This document shows positions 33,684 to 43,080 of a DNA stretch of 64,000 nucleotides, in pieces. Within the stretch, counting starts at the first letter, position 1. Every line of letters begins with the position of its first letter. The stretch lies in contig NC_000964.3 of NCBI RefSeq assembly GCF_000009045.1, positions 4,030,001 through 4,094,000 of the forward strand, in the 5' to 3' direction. The notes beneath the pieces are model-generated. The model made no database searches and had not been told where the DNA came from. It was given only the letters and a program-made list of their open reading frames with translations. The stretch comes from Bacillus subtilis subsp. subtilis str. 168. Its GTDB lineage: Bacteria > Bacillota > Bacilli > Bacillales > Bacillaceae. Made by a program: the position numbers and the translations under genes.

Positions 33684-34496
33684 TTATTTAGCCAAAACAA
33701 GCTCGTGAATCGCATGTGCAACGCCATGTTCATTATTGGAGCGTGTTTGAAAGTTTGCTGCTTCCAATACTTCTGGGATGGCGTTTGCCATGGCAACCCC
33801 GCAGCCCGCCCATTCGATCATTGTCAGGTCGTTCCCGTTGTCGCCTATGCACATGACTTCCGCCTGTTCAATTCCAAGCAGCTGAGCCAGCTGGCGTACA
33901 GCATTTCCTTTGCTGGCTTCCGAGTGCAGAATTTCATAAAAGAAAGGCGCGCTTCTGACCATTGTATATTTTTCTCTCACGTCTTTTGGAATCGATGTAA
34001 TGACGCGGCTTAAGTTCTCCGGTTTATCAATAAACATCACTTTCGGGATGAGGATATCTTTTGGCACCTCGTCAATCTTGCGGAAATGAAGCGGCACCTG
34101 TGTCACATAGGATTCGTATACGGTAAATTCGCTAATATCCCGGTTAGGCGTATACAAATTAGATGAGTCAAAGAAATGCATCGGCGTCTTCAGCTCTAAG
34201 CTCAGGTCATATAATGAAGTCAAATCATCATAACCGAGAGACAGCTCTGAGACCACTTCATTTGTATGCGTATTTTGAACAAGTGCTCCATTATACGCAA
34301 TAACATAGTCGCCTTCTTCAATTAAATTCAGTTCATCTAAATATCTCTGCACACCCCCGATAGGCCGGCCGGTGCAAAGCACAATTTTGACACCTTCCGC
34401 TTTTGCCGCGTGAAGGGCGTCGCGGACCTCCTCTGTTACTTCATGATGATCATTTAAAAGTGTTCCATCCATATCAATTGCAATTAGTTTGTACAT
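33684..34496 (-). CDS. yxeH: Cof-type HAD sugar phosphatase
   Basis: DMDGTLL, LCTGR and IGDNGND motifs. Confidence 0.95.
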   Translation of the reverse strand: MYKLIAIDMDGTLLNDHHEVTEEVRDALHAAKAEGVKIVLCTGRPIGGVQRYLDELNLIEEGDYVIAYNGALVQNTHTNEVVSELSLGYDDLTSLYDLSLELKTPMHFFDSSNLYTPNRDISEFTVYESYVTQVPLHFRKIDEVPKDILIPKVMFIDKPENLSRVITSIPKDVREKYTMVRSAPFFYEILHSEASKGNAVRQLAQLLGIEQAEVMCIGDNGNDLTMIEWAGCGVAMANAIPEVLEAANFQTRSNNEHGVAHAIHELVLAK

Positions 34497-34535
34497 CCTG
34501 CATCTCCTTCATGTCGTTTTCAGGCTATAGTCCCA

Positions 34536-35093
34536 TCATATCGTTTTTTCTTTTTGATATTCAACCGGAAGAGATGGTTTTCTCCGGATTCTGTTTAGAC
34601 GCCGCCCTTGTCTTCGGATACGCAAGCGCGGTTTCCGCTTTCTTTCTGCCTTGACGCCGTTTTCTGCTTTTTTCTGTTTCATCAGCAGAAAGCCGGCAGC
34701 TAGAAAAGGAATGCCGGTTATATTCAAGATGGCAAGCTTCACACCCGCCGCGATGAAAAAGAACCCCCATGAAGATGATGGATTCCGTCTGATCATGACG
34801 TAAGCCGCCATTTCCAGAACGATCAGGATGGCATGAAGCACTATGCCATAAATCAGCAATACAAGGGCAAAAAACAAAACATAATTCACGATTGCCCCTG
34901 AGTACATCATAGCGCGCATCATTTGTATAAACGATAAGGACTGCATGGAGCCGCTGATGACATTAGGGTTATAGATCGTATAGTCACTAAATAAATGTTT
35001 GACTTTGAGAAAAGCCCATAATATAAATATCCATTGAATGATATGTAAAACAAGCCCCGCTGCCACCAGTCTTTCAGCTTTTTGATTTCTCAT
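34536..35093 (-). CDS. yxeG: Membrane protein with basic C-terminal tail
   Basis: About four TM segments and an Arg/Lys-rich tail. Overlaps the yxeF end by 20 nt. Confidence 0.8.
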   Translation of the reverse strand: MRNQKAERLVAAGLVLHIIQWIFILWAFLKVKHLFSDYTIYNPNVISGSMQSLSFIQMMRAMMYSGAIVNYVLFFALVLLIYGIVLHAILIVLEMAAYVMIRRNPSSSWGFFFIAAGVKLAILNITGIPFLAAGFLLMKQKKAENGVKAERKRKPRLRIRRQGRRLNRIRRKPSLPVEYQKEKTI

Positions 35094-35508
35094 CTTTCTC
35101 CTCCCTGCCGGTCTTTGATTCGATTCTTGTCATCGTTTTTCTCTGTCCATTTTGCTCCCATATCAATGTCCCGTTTTCTCCTCTTTTCAGCGTGCTTTTG
35201 AGCGGATAATAAGGGCCGAGGTACTGAATCTCGATAGACCCGTCAGTGCTTTGGGAAATCACCTTGTATGCCATAAAAGGCAGCTGTACCTCTCCTCTTC
35301 CTTCCATCACTTCCGTTTCCACAACCTCGTCTTCGGTAAATGTGACTGTTGCTGATTTCACACCGTCCGTTGGCCCGGGGGCACGCCCCTCATCCCACGT
35401 TCCGTAATAAAACGGCGTCTCTTCTTTTTGCTGCTGGCAGCCCGATACCATGATGCATACAGCAATTAAAAACAAAATGCCATATTTGTTTCTCAAGGGG
35501 ATCACCAT
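35074..35508 (-). CDS. yxeF: Lipoprotein with lipocalin-like beta-barrel (144 aa)
   Basis: Lipobox VSGC, GTW motif near the N-terminus, GGAGGA RBS. Confidence 0.85.
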
Positions 35509-35596
35509 TCTTTCCTCCTTTTTTGGGCGAATGCCGTGCCACTGTGCCAATGACTACATAAGTTATAAGGAATTCACCCACAAGGAGACTGATCAC

Positions 35597-35962
35597 ATGA
35601 ACCCTTATCAATATTACAGCCCTCAGCTGCCTCAGCAGGAACCTTACTATAGCCACTATGAGTACAATCCTTATCCGCAGCAGGATGTATACGATCCATA
35701 CCAAATGGACAGACAGCCGGCATTGGAAAGAAGAATCGCAGCACTTGAACGGCAAAATGAACAGCAGTCAAGAGAATTAACCCGTCTGACAAACGAAGAC
35801 CGCCGTCAAAATCGGGAAATTGCACGGATTGCCGAACAGGTCAATCAGTTAAGCCAGGCTGTTGAACGCCATACACGCCGCCTAAATCGGCTCAATCAGC
35901 GCCTCCGTACAGTAGAAAACCGGCTGAATATCCCATTTACTGCAGGGGAAGGCGGTTTCTGA
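35597..35962 (+). CDS. yxeE: Spore coat-associated protein (121 aa)
   Basis: Tyr/Pro/Gln-rich N-terminus plus coiled coil. AAGGAG RBS. Upstream CATAAGTTA resembles a sigma-K -10. Confidence 0.82.
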
Positions 35963-36209
35963 GCGAAACAAAGAAAAAAAGCGGAATACGATTCTCCCAT
36001 CTCAGGGTTTCGTTTTCCGCATTTCTTATATGTTAAAACGGAACATTTACATAAAAAGGGTTTGTACCCAGTATACAATCTTTACCGTTTTCATTCAAAG
36101 ATAGAGGGGCTGAGGAAAATAATTGTAGTTCCTCTTTGACGGAATTTCTTTTCATTCAAGTTGCATGATAATACCGACTCACGTCAATCGATACATGGAG
36201 GGATCATTC

Positions 36210-36563
36210 ATGCATAATACACAACACGGCTTGCAGCAGCTGAACCAATGCCGCCAAACTGCTCAGCAGCTCATTCAGCAAACACAGCAAAGCAGCCAGC
36301 AATATCGCCAAATGCTTCATCAGGAACAGCAAAACATCCAAATGCTGCAGCAGATTCTAAACCACGAACAACAAGCTGCACATACCATTCAGCAAGCACT
36401 GCACGGGCATGACATGGCGATTCAAAAGTGCCAGCAGGTTGTCAACATGTGCAACCAAATGCAACAGGAACTTACTGGACAATCCAGCGTCATGAATACG
36501 AATGTGTCTACACTTCCATTCGGCCAAAACACGACATTTCAGCAGCAATCCTACCAGCAGTAA
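36210..36563 (+). CDS. yxeD: Gln-rich sporulation protein (117 aa)
   Basis: Extremely Q-rich heptad-like sequence. GGAGG RBS. GAATT-17-CATGATA sigma-G-like promoter at 36142-36170. Confidence 0.8.
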   Translation: MHNTQHGLQQLNQCRQTAQQLIQQTQQSSQQYRQMLHQEQQNIQMLQQILNHEQQAAHTIQQALHGHDMAIQKCQQVVNMCNQMQQELTGQSSVMNTNVSTLPFGQNTTFQQQSYQQ

Positions 36564-36568
36564 CATAT

Positions 36569-36605
36569 AAAAAGCTCAACACAATGCGAGTGTTGAGCTT
36601 TTTTT
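36569..36605. terminator. Bidirectional terminator yxeD/yxeC
   Basis: AAAAAGCTCAACAC-N-GTGTTGAGCTTTTTTT. Confidence 0.85.
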
Positions 36606-36606
36606 C

Positions 36607-37005
36607 TTACTGTTCTTTGCGAATATGTATATCCTGAATAGACTGTTTCGGTGCATGAAATCTGCTCTCGGCTTCACTTCTTGCCTCGGCAAAAGCCCGC
36701 GCCTCCACATGATCTTTGTAGACATCCAGCTGAATCAAATACAGCGGGCGCACTTTAAATCCATGAATAATGGTTACCGCCCATAACGGGACCACAATAA
36801 AAACACCGGGCAGATCGGGCAAAACAAAACCAAACGCAAAAATGAAAAAATAAATGATGCCGTACATGATCCACTTTCTATTTCTAACCTTGATGCCAAT
36901 AAATAAAAAGGCAAAAAAACTGGTAATGGCAAAAGGCATGAAAATAAACAGCATCCACCAGCTATGCAGCCATTCCCAAGCGGCACCTCTTTTTGTAATT
37001 CCCAT
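36607..37005 (-). CDS. yxeC: Small integral membrane protein
   Basis: Three to four TM helices. AGGAGGAG RBS. Confidence 0.8.
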   Translation of the reverse strand: MGITKRGAAWEWLHSWWMLFIFMPFAITSFFAFLFIGIKVRNRKWIMYGIIYFFIFAFGFVLPDLPGVFIVVPLWAVTIIHGFKVRPLYLIQLDVYKDHVEARAFAEARSEAESRFHAPKQSIQDIHIRKEQ

Positions 37006-37130
37006 ATTTTTCTCCTCCTATTTACCTATAATAATCGATTAGGCACACCGCGTCACCCATAAACGGGAAAAACTTTCTCCCTTAAAAATAGTGATAGACG
37101 GAGAACAGGTTTCTTGCTATATTATTAATT

Positions 37131-37149
37131 GATAATGATAATCATTACT
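37131..37149 (+). promoter_or_regulatory. Fur box
   Basis: GATAATGATAATCATTACT, a 17/19 match to the GATAATGATAATCATTATC consensus, upstream of yxeB. Confidence 0.92.
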
Positions 37150-37182
37150 AATCTATTGAGATACATAGTGGGAGGGTTCTTG

Positions 37183-38148
37183 ATGAAAAAGAACATATTG
37201 CTCGTGGGCATGCTTGTGCTGCTTCTCATGTTTGTCAGCGCTTGCAGCGGCACGGCTTCTAAAGGGAGCTCAAGCGATTCTGCTTCCGAAAAAACAGAAA
37301 TGAGAACATACAAATCACCAAAAGGGAACGTCAACATTCCTGCACATCCGAAACGCATCGTCACTGATTTTTATGCCGGTGAATTGCTGTCTGTCGGGGC
37401 CAATGTGGTCGGCTCAGGCTCATGGTCATTTGATAATCCGTTTTTAAAATCAAAGCTGAAAAATGTGAAGGATGTTGGTGATCCAATAAGCGTTGAAAAA
37501 GTGATGGAGCTTCAGCCTGACTTAATTGTTGTCATGAATGAAGAGAATGTTGATAAATTAAAGAAAATCGCTCCGACTGTTGTCATACCTTATAACACAG
37601 CGAAAAACGTAGAAGACACAGTCAGCATGTTCGGAGATATCGCCGGAGCGAAAGACCAAGCAAAATCCTTTATGGCTGACTTTAACAAAAAAGCGGAAGC
37701 AGCTAAGAAGAAAATTGCCGGCGTCATCGACAAAGATGCAACCTTCGGCATTTATGAAAACACAGACAAGGGCGAATTCTGGGTGTTCAATGACAATGGC
37801 GGACGCGGCGGCCAAGCTGTATACAATGCACTTGGGTTAAAAGCGCCTGAAAAAATTGAGCAAGATGTCATCAAAAAAGGAGAGATGAAACAGCTCTCTC
37901 AAGAGGTTATTCCTGAGTATGCCGCAGATTATATGTTCATTACGGATTACAACCCGAAAGGCGAAAGCAAAACACTCGACAAGCTGGAGAATTCCTCCAT
38001 TTGGAAAAATCTTGACGCTGTTAAACATAATCGCGTGTTTATCAATGACTTTGACTCGTTCTACCCGTACGACCCGATTTCTGTCAGCAAACAGGTGGAT
38101 ATCATCACCGACATGCTGATCAAACGGGCCGAAGAAAATAAAAAATAA
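37183..38148 (+). CDS. yxeB: Hydroxamate siderophore ABC transporter binding lipoprotein (321 aa)
   Basis: Lipobox VSAC, HPKRIV and LQPDLIV (Fe-siderophore SBP), plus the Fur box. Confidence 0.93.
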   Translation: MKKNILLVGMLVLLLMFVSACSGTASKGSSSDSASEKTEMRTYKSPKGNVNIPAHPKRIVTDFYAGELLSVGANVVGSGSWSFDNPFLKSKLKNVKDVGDPISVEKVMELQPDLIVVMNEENVDKLKKIAPTVVIPYNTAKNVEDTVSMFGDIAGAKDQAKSFMADFNKKAEAAKKKIAGVIDKDATFGIYENTDKGEFWVFNDNGGRGGQAVYNALGLKAPEKIEQDVIKKGEMKQLSQEVIPEYAADYMFITDYNPKGESKTLDKLENSSIWKNLDAVKHNRVFINDFDSFYPYDPISVSKQVDIITDMLIKRAEENKK

Positions 38149-38183
38149 AAAAACGGCACAGTCATGACGCTGTGCCGTTTTTT
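38147..38183. terminator. Bidirectional terminator yxeB/yxeA
   Basis: A-run-CGGCACAG-N-CTGTGCCG-T-run. Confidence 0.88.
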
Positions 38184-38188
38184 ATGAT

Positions 38189-38536
38189 TCACTTTAATTT
38201 TGACTGTACGGAGTCCGGCATATCTTCAAACTTGACTTCTTCCCAAGTCTCGACATACTTTCCTTTCGCCTTCACCTTCAAATACGCGTTCTTCCGAAGC
38301 TCTTTGCCGGCGAAAAAGGTCACTTCTTCTTTTTTCCCGGATGCATTATATCCGTCTAATGTATATTCAGTACCGCCCGGACTAAGATGTCTGCCATCTC
38401 GATCAATCTGAACATAGACATCTTGCTGGTGAATAAACGGATTAAATCTGTCTGTAACATCGTTATGAAAAAAGAGAAGCCCGCATATTACGGCAGCAGC
38501 CGCCAAGACGGCCAGGATTGCCATTGCTTTTTTCAT
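38189..38536 (-). CDS. yxeA: YxeA-family protein
   Basis: Signal anchor, DRFNPF and 'LRKNAYLKV...VETWEEV' family pattern. Last gene of the yxdLM operon. Confidence 0.88.
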   Translation of the reverse strand: MKKAMAILAVLAAAAVICGLLFFHNDVTDRFNPFIHQQDVYVQIDRDGRHLSPGGTEYTLDGYNASGKKEEVTFFAGKELRKNAYLKVKAKGKYVETWEEVKFEDMPDSVQSKLK

Positions 38537-38549
38537 CTTTGCACTCCCC

Positions 38550-40418
38550 TTACTTGTTCATTTTTTTCAAATAGCTTGACCGCACCGCGAGGAAGAATAG
38601 AAGCTGAAAAATGAAAAACCCTCCGATGGTGAGACTGAGCGGCCCCGCTACATCGGAATATCCTTCCACAGCCAATGTTCTCAAGGCAAACAGTGTATGC
38701 ATGACGGCAATGACAAATGGAAAGAAGAAAAGAATCGCCAATTGTATTGTCACGCTTTGCGCCATTTCTCGCTCACTCAGGCCGATTTTGGCCAGTGAAC
38801 GGTAGCGCTCCCGGTCTTCATCTAAATCAGTGAACAGCCTGAAATATAAGAAACTTGCTGCCGCGACAAAGAATACAATTGCGATAAACAGGCCGATAAA
38901 TAGACTCAGGCTCGGCAGCTGCACCGTATCATAGTAAGTCCCCGCTTTTGAAGCAAAATCAGAATGCACGTCGATATAATTGCCGTAAATCTCATTTTGC
39001 AAGGATTGGCTGATCTCAAGACTGTCTTTCCAATGATCATAGCTGTAGCCGTATAATGACGCTTTATCACCGAGTGATTTCAGCTGATCAAAGGTTTGAT
39101 CATTCACCGCGATGATAGCATTCAATGAGATCAGCGGTTTTTTGACTTCTTTTACCGACAGTTTTTGATCAGACAGCTCCCCTTTTTGGTTCAGCAGCTT
39201 CAGCTGATCCGGCGCTTCGTTTTTGAAATTGCGGTCATACGTTCCCGGGAAATAGACAGCCTCGTCTTCTTTCAGGCCGTTCACTTTGACATGGAAGTAT
39301 TTTGCCGCATCCGATTCACTGATCATGTAAACAGGGGGAACAGTTTCTCCTTCCTGATAGCGAACATAGGAAACATCTATTTTGTCTTTCGTATACGTAA
39401 AACCGTGTGTTTTCAGTTCATGGTCAATATCTTTCAAATGAGTCTGTTCTTTTGGATTGTTGCTGTAAGATAAATACTCCATTTCATAAGCGGACTCTTC
39501 CGCTCCGACGGTCGATTTGTACATTGCGAGCACGCCTGTCGCAGTAAACGCAACCGCGGAAATAATGCTGACAATAAAGAACAGGCGGGCGTTGTCTTTT
39601 AGACGATAGACAAGGTCAGAAACCCAAATGATGTTTTTCCCGCGCAGATAAAAGGTTTTCCACTTCTTCAGCGCGCGCAGAATCCATATGCTGCTTTGGC
39701 TGAAAAAGAAATATGTTCCGATAACGGTGAGCAGTAAAATGATAAACGGTTCGGCCCCGTGGACATTGCCTTTAAGAACCATGCCGTACCCGCCGCACAG
39801 ACAGGCGATGCCGAATAAGGACAGAAGCACGGACGGCTTAGGCTCCGGTTTAACCTTGCCAGTGCCCTTTATTAATTTGATAACCGTATTTGATCTGACA
39901 AAAAGGATCGTAAACTGCGATAAAAAGAAAAATAAGAGCAGAAATCCGCAGGCCGTAATACCGAGCGCTTTCCAAGGCATATACAAAGGCAGCGCGTCCA
40001 TTTCTAAAATATAAGCGCCGACCGTAAAGAACGTCTTTGAAAAAATGAATCCTCCGATAATACCGGCTGCAATTGACATGACGCCGATGATCATATTTTC
40101 CGCAGTAATGAGCTTTCTCAGCTGCCCCGGCGTGATGCCCTGCATGAGCAGAATGCCGAATTCTTTATTTCTCGATTTCAAAAATGCATTAACCGAATAC
40201 AGAACAAATAAGAAAGAAAAAACAAAGATCATCCATTCCGCGGCGGTTAAGCCTTTTTTGGCGATGTTATTCAGGTAGCCTTCCTTTAATGCCGGATGAA
40301 ACAGGAACATCGCAAAGGTAAAGAAAATCAAAACGGAAAAGGCGCTGCTTAAAAAGAATGCAAGATAGGCCCTTTTGTTTCTCGTGACGTTTTTATAAGC
40401 GAACTGAAGAAAGGTCAT
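38550..40418 (-). CDS. yxdM: BceB-like peptide-resistance ABC permease (622 aa)
   Basis: FtsX-type (RNKEFGILLMQG), 10 TM with a large extracellular domain. Confidence 0.93.
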   Translation of the reverse strand: MTFLQFAYKNVTRNKRAYLAFFLSSAFSVLIFFTFAMFLFHPALKEGYLNNIAKKGLTAAEWMIFVFSFLFVLYSVNAFLKSRNKEFGILLMQGITPGQLRKLITAENMIIGVMSIAAGIIGGFIFSKTFFTVGAYILEMDALPLYMPWKALGITACGFLLLFFFLSQFTILFVRSNTVIKLIKGTGKVKPEPKPSVLLSLFGIACLCGGYGMVLKGNVHGAEPFIILLLTVIGTYFFFSQSSIWILRALKKWKTFYLRGKNIIWVSDLVYRLKDNARLFFIVSIISAVAFTATGVLAMYKSTVGAEESAYEMEYLSYSNNPKEQTHLKDIDHELKTHGFTYTKDKIDVSYVRYQEGETVPPVYMISESDAAKYFHVKVNGLKEDEAVYFPGTYDRNFKNEAPDQLKLLNQKGELSDQKLSVKEVKKPLISLNAIIAVNDQTFDQLKSLGDKASLYGYSYDHWKDSLEISQSLQNEIYGNYIDVHSDFASKAGTYYDTVQLPSLSLFIGLFIAIVFFVAAASFLYFRLFTDLDEDRERYRSLAKIGLSEREMAQSVTIQLAILFFFPFVIAVMHTLFALRTLAVEGYSDVAGPLSLTIGGFFIFQLLFFLAVRSSYLKKMNK

Positions 40419-41166
40419 TTGCGTTTCCCCCCAGCATAGACAGCACATCGAGAATTTGTTCATAAAATACTTGGCGGTTTTCCCCGCGGTAAATCTCATT
40501 AAACAGTTCGCCGTCTTTTATAAAGATGACGCGGCGGCAGTAGCTTGCCGAAACCGGATCGTGGGTCACCATCAAAGCCGTGACATGATCATCCCGATTC
40601 AGGCTCTGCAACGTTTCCATGACGTCTTTTGTCGCTTTGGAATCAAGGTTTCCAGTTGGTTCATCGGCCAGAATGAGTGACGGCTTATGAATGACCGCTC
40701 TTGCGATGGCGGCCCGCTGGCGCTGGCCTCCGGATACTTCAAACGTCCGCTTGTTAAGCAGGTTTTCGATACCGAGCTTTGCCGCGATGCCGTGCAGTTT
40801 TTCTTCCATTACAGACGGCGCTTCTTTTTCAAGCGTTAACGGCAGCATGATATTTTCACCGATCGTCAGCGTATCCAGAAGGTTGAAATCCTGAAACACA
40901 AATCCGAGCTGCTTGCGGCGGAAATGAGCGAGCTTTGTCCGCTTCAGGCGATGCGGGTTTTCTCCGTTAATCAGGATATCGCCTGAATCTGGACGGTCAA
41001 TCGTTGAAATGATATTCAAAAGCGTTGTTTTTCCGGACCCGGACGGCCCCATCACCGCCGTGAACTCGCCTTCTTCTATTGAAAATGAAATTTGCTTTAA
41101 GGCCTGATAGGACACTTGTCCTTTATAGGTTTTATTTATATGTTTGACTTCAAGCATATTCGCCAT
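40393..41166 (-). CDS. yxdL: BceA-like ABC ATPase (257 aa)
   Basis: GPSGSGKT, VSGGQRQR and ADEPTGNLDS. Confidence 0.95.
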   Translation of the reverse strand: MANMLEVKHINKTYKGQVSYQALKQISFSIEEGEFTAVMGPSGSGKTTLLNIISTIDRPDSGDILINGENPHRLKRTKLAHFRRKQLGFVFQDFNLLDTLTIGENIMLPLTLEKEAPSVMEEKLHGIAAKLGIENLLNKRTFEVSGGQRQRAAIARAVIHKPSLILADEPTGNLDSKATKDVMETLQSLNRDDHVTALMVTHDPVSASYCRRVIFIKDGELFNEIYRGENRQVFYEQILDVLSMLGGNANDLSSVRL

Positions 41167-41242
41167 GAAAATCCTCCTTATGGTTTTATTCTTGTTGATC
41201 TGGGCTGCTTTCATGTAGTGCCGGGACGTTCAACATAAAAAT

Positions 41243-41324
41243 CCCCTTGACATAAATCCATGTTATCAAGGGGAAACAAAGCGGGCTATGTTGTTTTCTT
41301 AACGCAGCCTTACATTTTTGTAAG
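41243..41324 (-). promoter_or_regulatory. yxdL promoter: BceR-type regulator site CTTACA-N4-TGTAAG, a secondary repeat 21 bp downstream, and extended -10 TGATAACAT inside the yxdJK terminator hairpin
   Basis: Perfect 6-4-6 inverted repeat at 41309-41324. CCCCTTGA/TCAAGGGG arms at 41243-41250 and 41266-41273. Confidence 0.7.
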
Positions 41325-42287
41325 AAATGAAAATCGAACTGATGTCCCTTCACCGGGAGACGAGCTGATGTCCACCGTATGATTGAGCTTATCTGTAATT
41401 TCTTTGACGAGATGGAGGCCGATTCCCGTAGATTCTTGGAAACGCCGCCCGTTTTCACCCGTGTAATAAGGGTCAAACACCCGCTTGATGTCTTGTGAGG
41501 GAATCCCGACACCGTAATCTTTGACTTCAAGCACCGTCCTGTCTTCATCGCAGAAGACATTCAGCTCAAGTCTGTCACTCTTGCCCGCTGAATACTTGAC
41601 CGCATTTGTGACCACTTGGCCAATCGCAAATTTGAGCCATTTGGCATCGGTGTAAATCTGATGATCATCGCAAACGTTCATTTTCGGATAAACGCGATAT
41701 TGAATAAAAAATCGTTTATAGCTTTGAATAACTGATTGGAGAAGCTCGGACAGGGAAACCGCTTCGATTTTAAAATCCCGTTCAAACAGGTCGAGCCTTG
41801 AAGAATAAAGAAGCGTCTCCAGCCCGAATTCAATCTGCCGGACTTCTTTTTTGATTTGTTCAAAAACGGGCTCATCCTCTTCTTGAATGATTAAATTAAT
41901 GACCGACAGCGGCGTCTTTACTTGGTGCACCCATTGATTCATATACGTCACCCGCGCGTCAAGCTTGGCTTCGGTCTCATGGAGCTTCTGGTGCTGCAGC
42001 CGGATCAGCTCCATCTGCTTTTCATACAGCTCTGAACAGAACACTGAAGAACCGAGATACGGGATATCCGTCCCTTCCTGCCCCGAGCTGAGCCAATGAT
42101 ACACGCCGCGGTCTTTGTACCAGCGATAGGCAAGATAGCCCGCCAAAATAAGAAGCTGCACGCCCAATATGTAAAACAAGTGAGAAAAAGAATGAAGACC
42201 CGCAAACCAGTAATAAAAGAAGACAAACAGCCCTTGAAGGAGAAAAAGCAGAATCAGCACTGCATGAGACCGGAGAAACAGCTTCAT
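41310..42287 (-). CDS. yxdK: Intramembrane-sensing histidine kinase (BceS-like)
   Basis: Two N-terminal TMs with a tiny loop, WVHQVKTPL H-box, DYGVGI and GIGL. Confidence 0.95.
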   Translation of the reverse strand: MKLFLRSHAVLILLFLLQGLFVFFYYWFAGLHSFSHLFYILGVQLLILAGYLAYRWYKDRGVYHWLSSGQEGTDIPYLGSSVFCSELYEKQMELIRLQHQKLHETEAKLDARVTYMNQWVHQVKTPLSVINLIIQEEDEPVFEQIKKEVRQIEFGLETLLYSSRLDLFERDFKIEAVSLSELLQSVIQSYKRFFIQYRVYPKMNVCDDHQIYTDAKWLKFAIGQVVTNAVKYSAGKSDRLELNVFCDEDRTVLEVKDYGVGIPSQDIKRVFDPYYTGENGRRFQESTGIGLHLVKEITDKLNHTVDISSSPGEGTSVRFSFLTKM

Positions 42288-42973
42288 GACTGCGCCCTCA
42301 GCTGGTAGCCTTCGCCCCGCACCGCTTCAATAGAAACAGGCGCATTCAGCTCCCGCAGTTTTTTTCTGAGCCGCGTGATATACACGTTAAGTGTATTATC
42401 ATCGATGAATATGTCGGTGTCCCACGTCTTTTCCATGAGACGGTCCCGACTCGTCACCTTTTCTCCCCGCTCAAGCAGCACTTCCAAAAGCTTGCTTTCT
42501 TTTTTAGAAAGCTCACTTTTTTCATCCTGAAAACGCAGTTCAAACCGTTCCACAAAGAGCTGAACGCCGGCATATTCAACCACTTTCTCTCCCTGCTTTG
42601 CGGCGTACTCCCCGTACGCCCTCCGGATCTGGCTTTTGATTTTCGCAAGCACAATATCATAAGAAAACGGTTTTTCGATATAATCGTCTCCCCCATTTTC
42701 AATCGCCATCACCTGATCCATTTCCCCGCTTCTGGCAGAAATAAAGATGATCGGGCTTGTGGAGTGCTGGCGGATCTGCCGGCACCAATAATATCCGTCA
42801 TATGCCGGCAAATTGATATCAAGCAGCACCACATCGGGCTTTTCCCGCAAAAAGACATCAAGAACAGCTGTAAAATCCGCGGCGACCACTGTTTGATATC
42901 CGTATTTTTCAAGGTAATTCTGCAATAGTCCGCGAATGTCTTCACTGTCTTCCACAATCATGATTTTATTCAA
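42284..42973 (-). CDS. yxdJ: OmpR-family response regulator (BceR-like)
   Basis: IVED, LLDINLP, KPF and a winged-helix C-terminus. Confidence 0.96.
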   Translation of the reverse strand: MNKIMIVEDSEDIRGLLQNYLEKYGYQTVVAADFTAVLDVFLREKPDVVLLDINLPAYDGYYWCRQIRQHSTSPIIFISARSGEMDQVMAIENGGDDYIEKPFSYDIVLAKIKSQIRRAYGEYAAKQGEKVVEYAGVQLFVERFELRFQDEKSELSKKESKLLEVLLERGEKVTSRDRLMEKTWDTDIFIDDNTLNVYITRLRKKLRELNAPVSIEAVRGEGYQLRAQS

Positions 42974-43046
42974 ACTGAACCACTCCCGTTTCTTACACTG
43001 CTGCCATCATCATAATCGTTTTGGGCGTATGGACGCAACACCGCAC

Positions 43047-43071
43047 AAAAAAACCGCCATCTCGGCGGTTT
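43047..43071 (-). terminator. Terminator of the iol operon
   Basis: The minus strand reads AAACCGCC-GAGAT-GGCGGTTTTTTT. Confidence 0.85.
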
Positions 43072-43080
43072 CTGGTCTCT

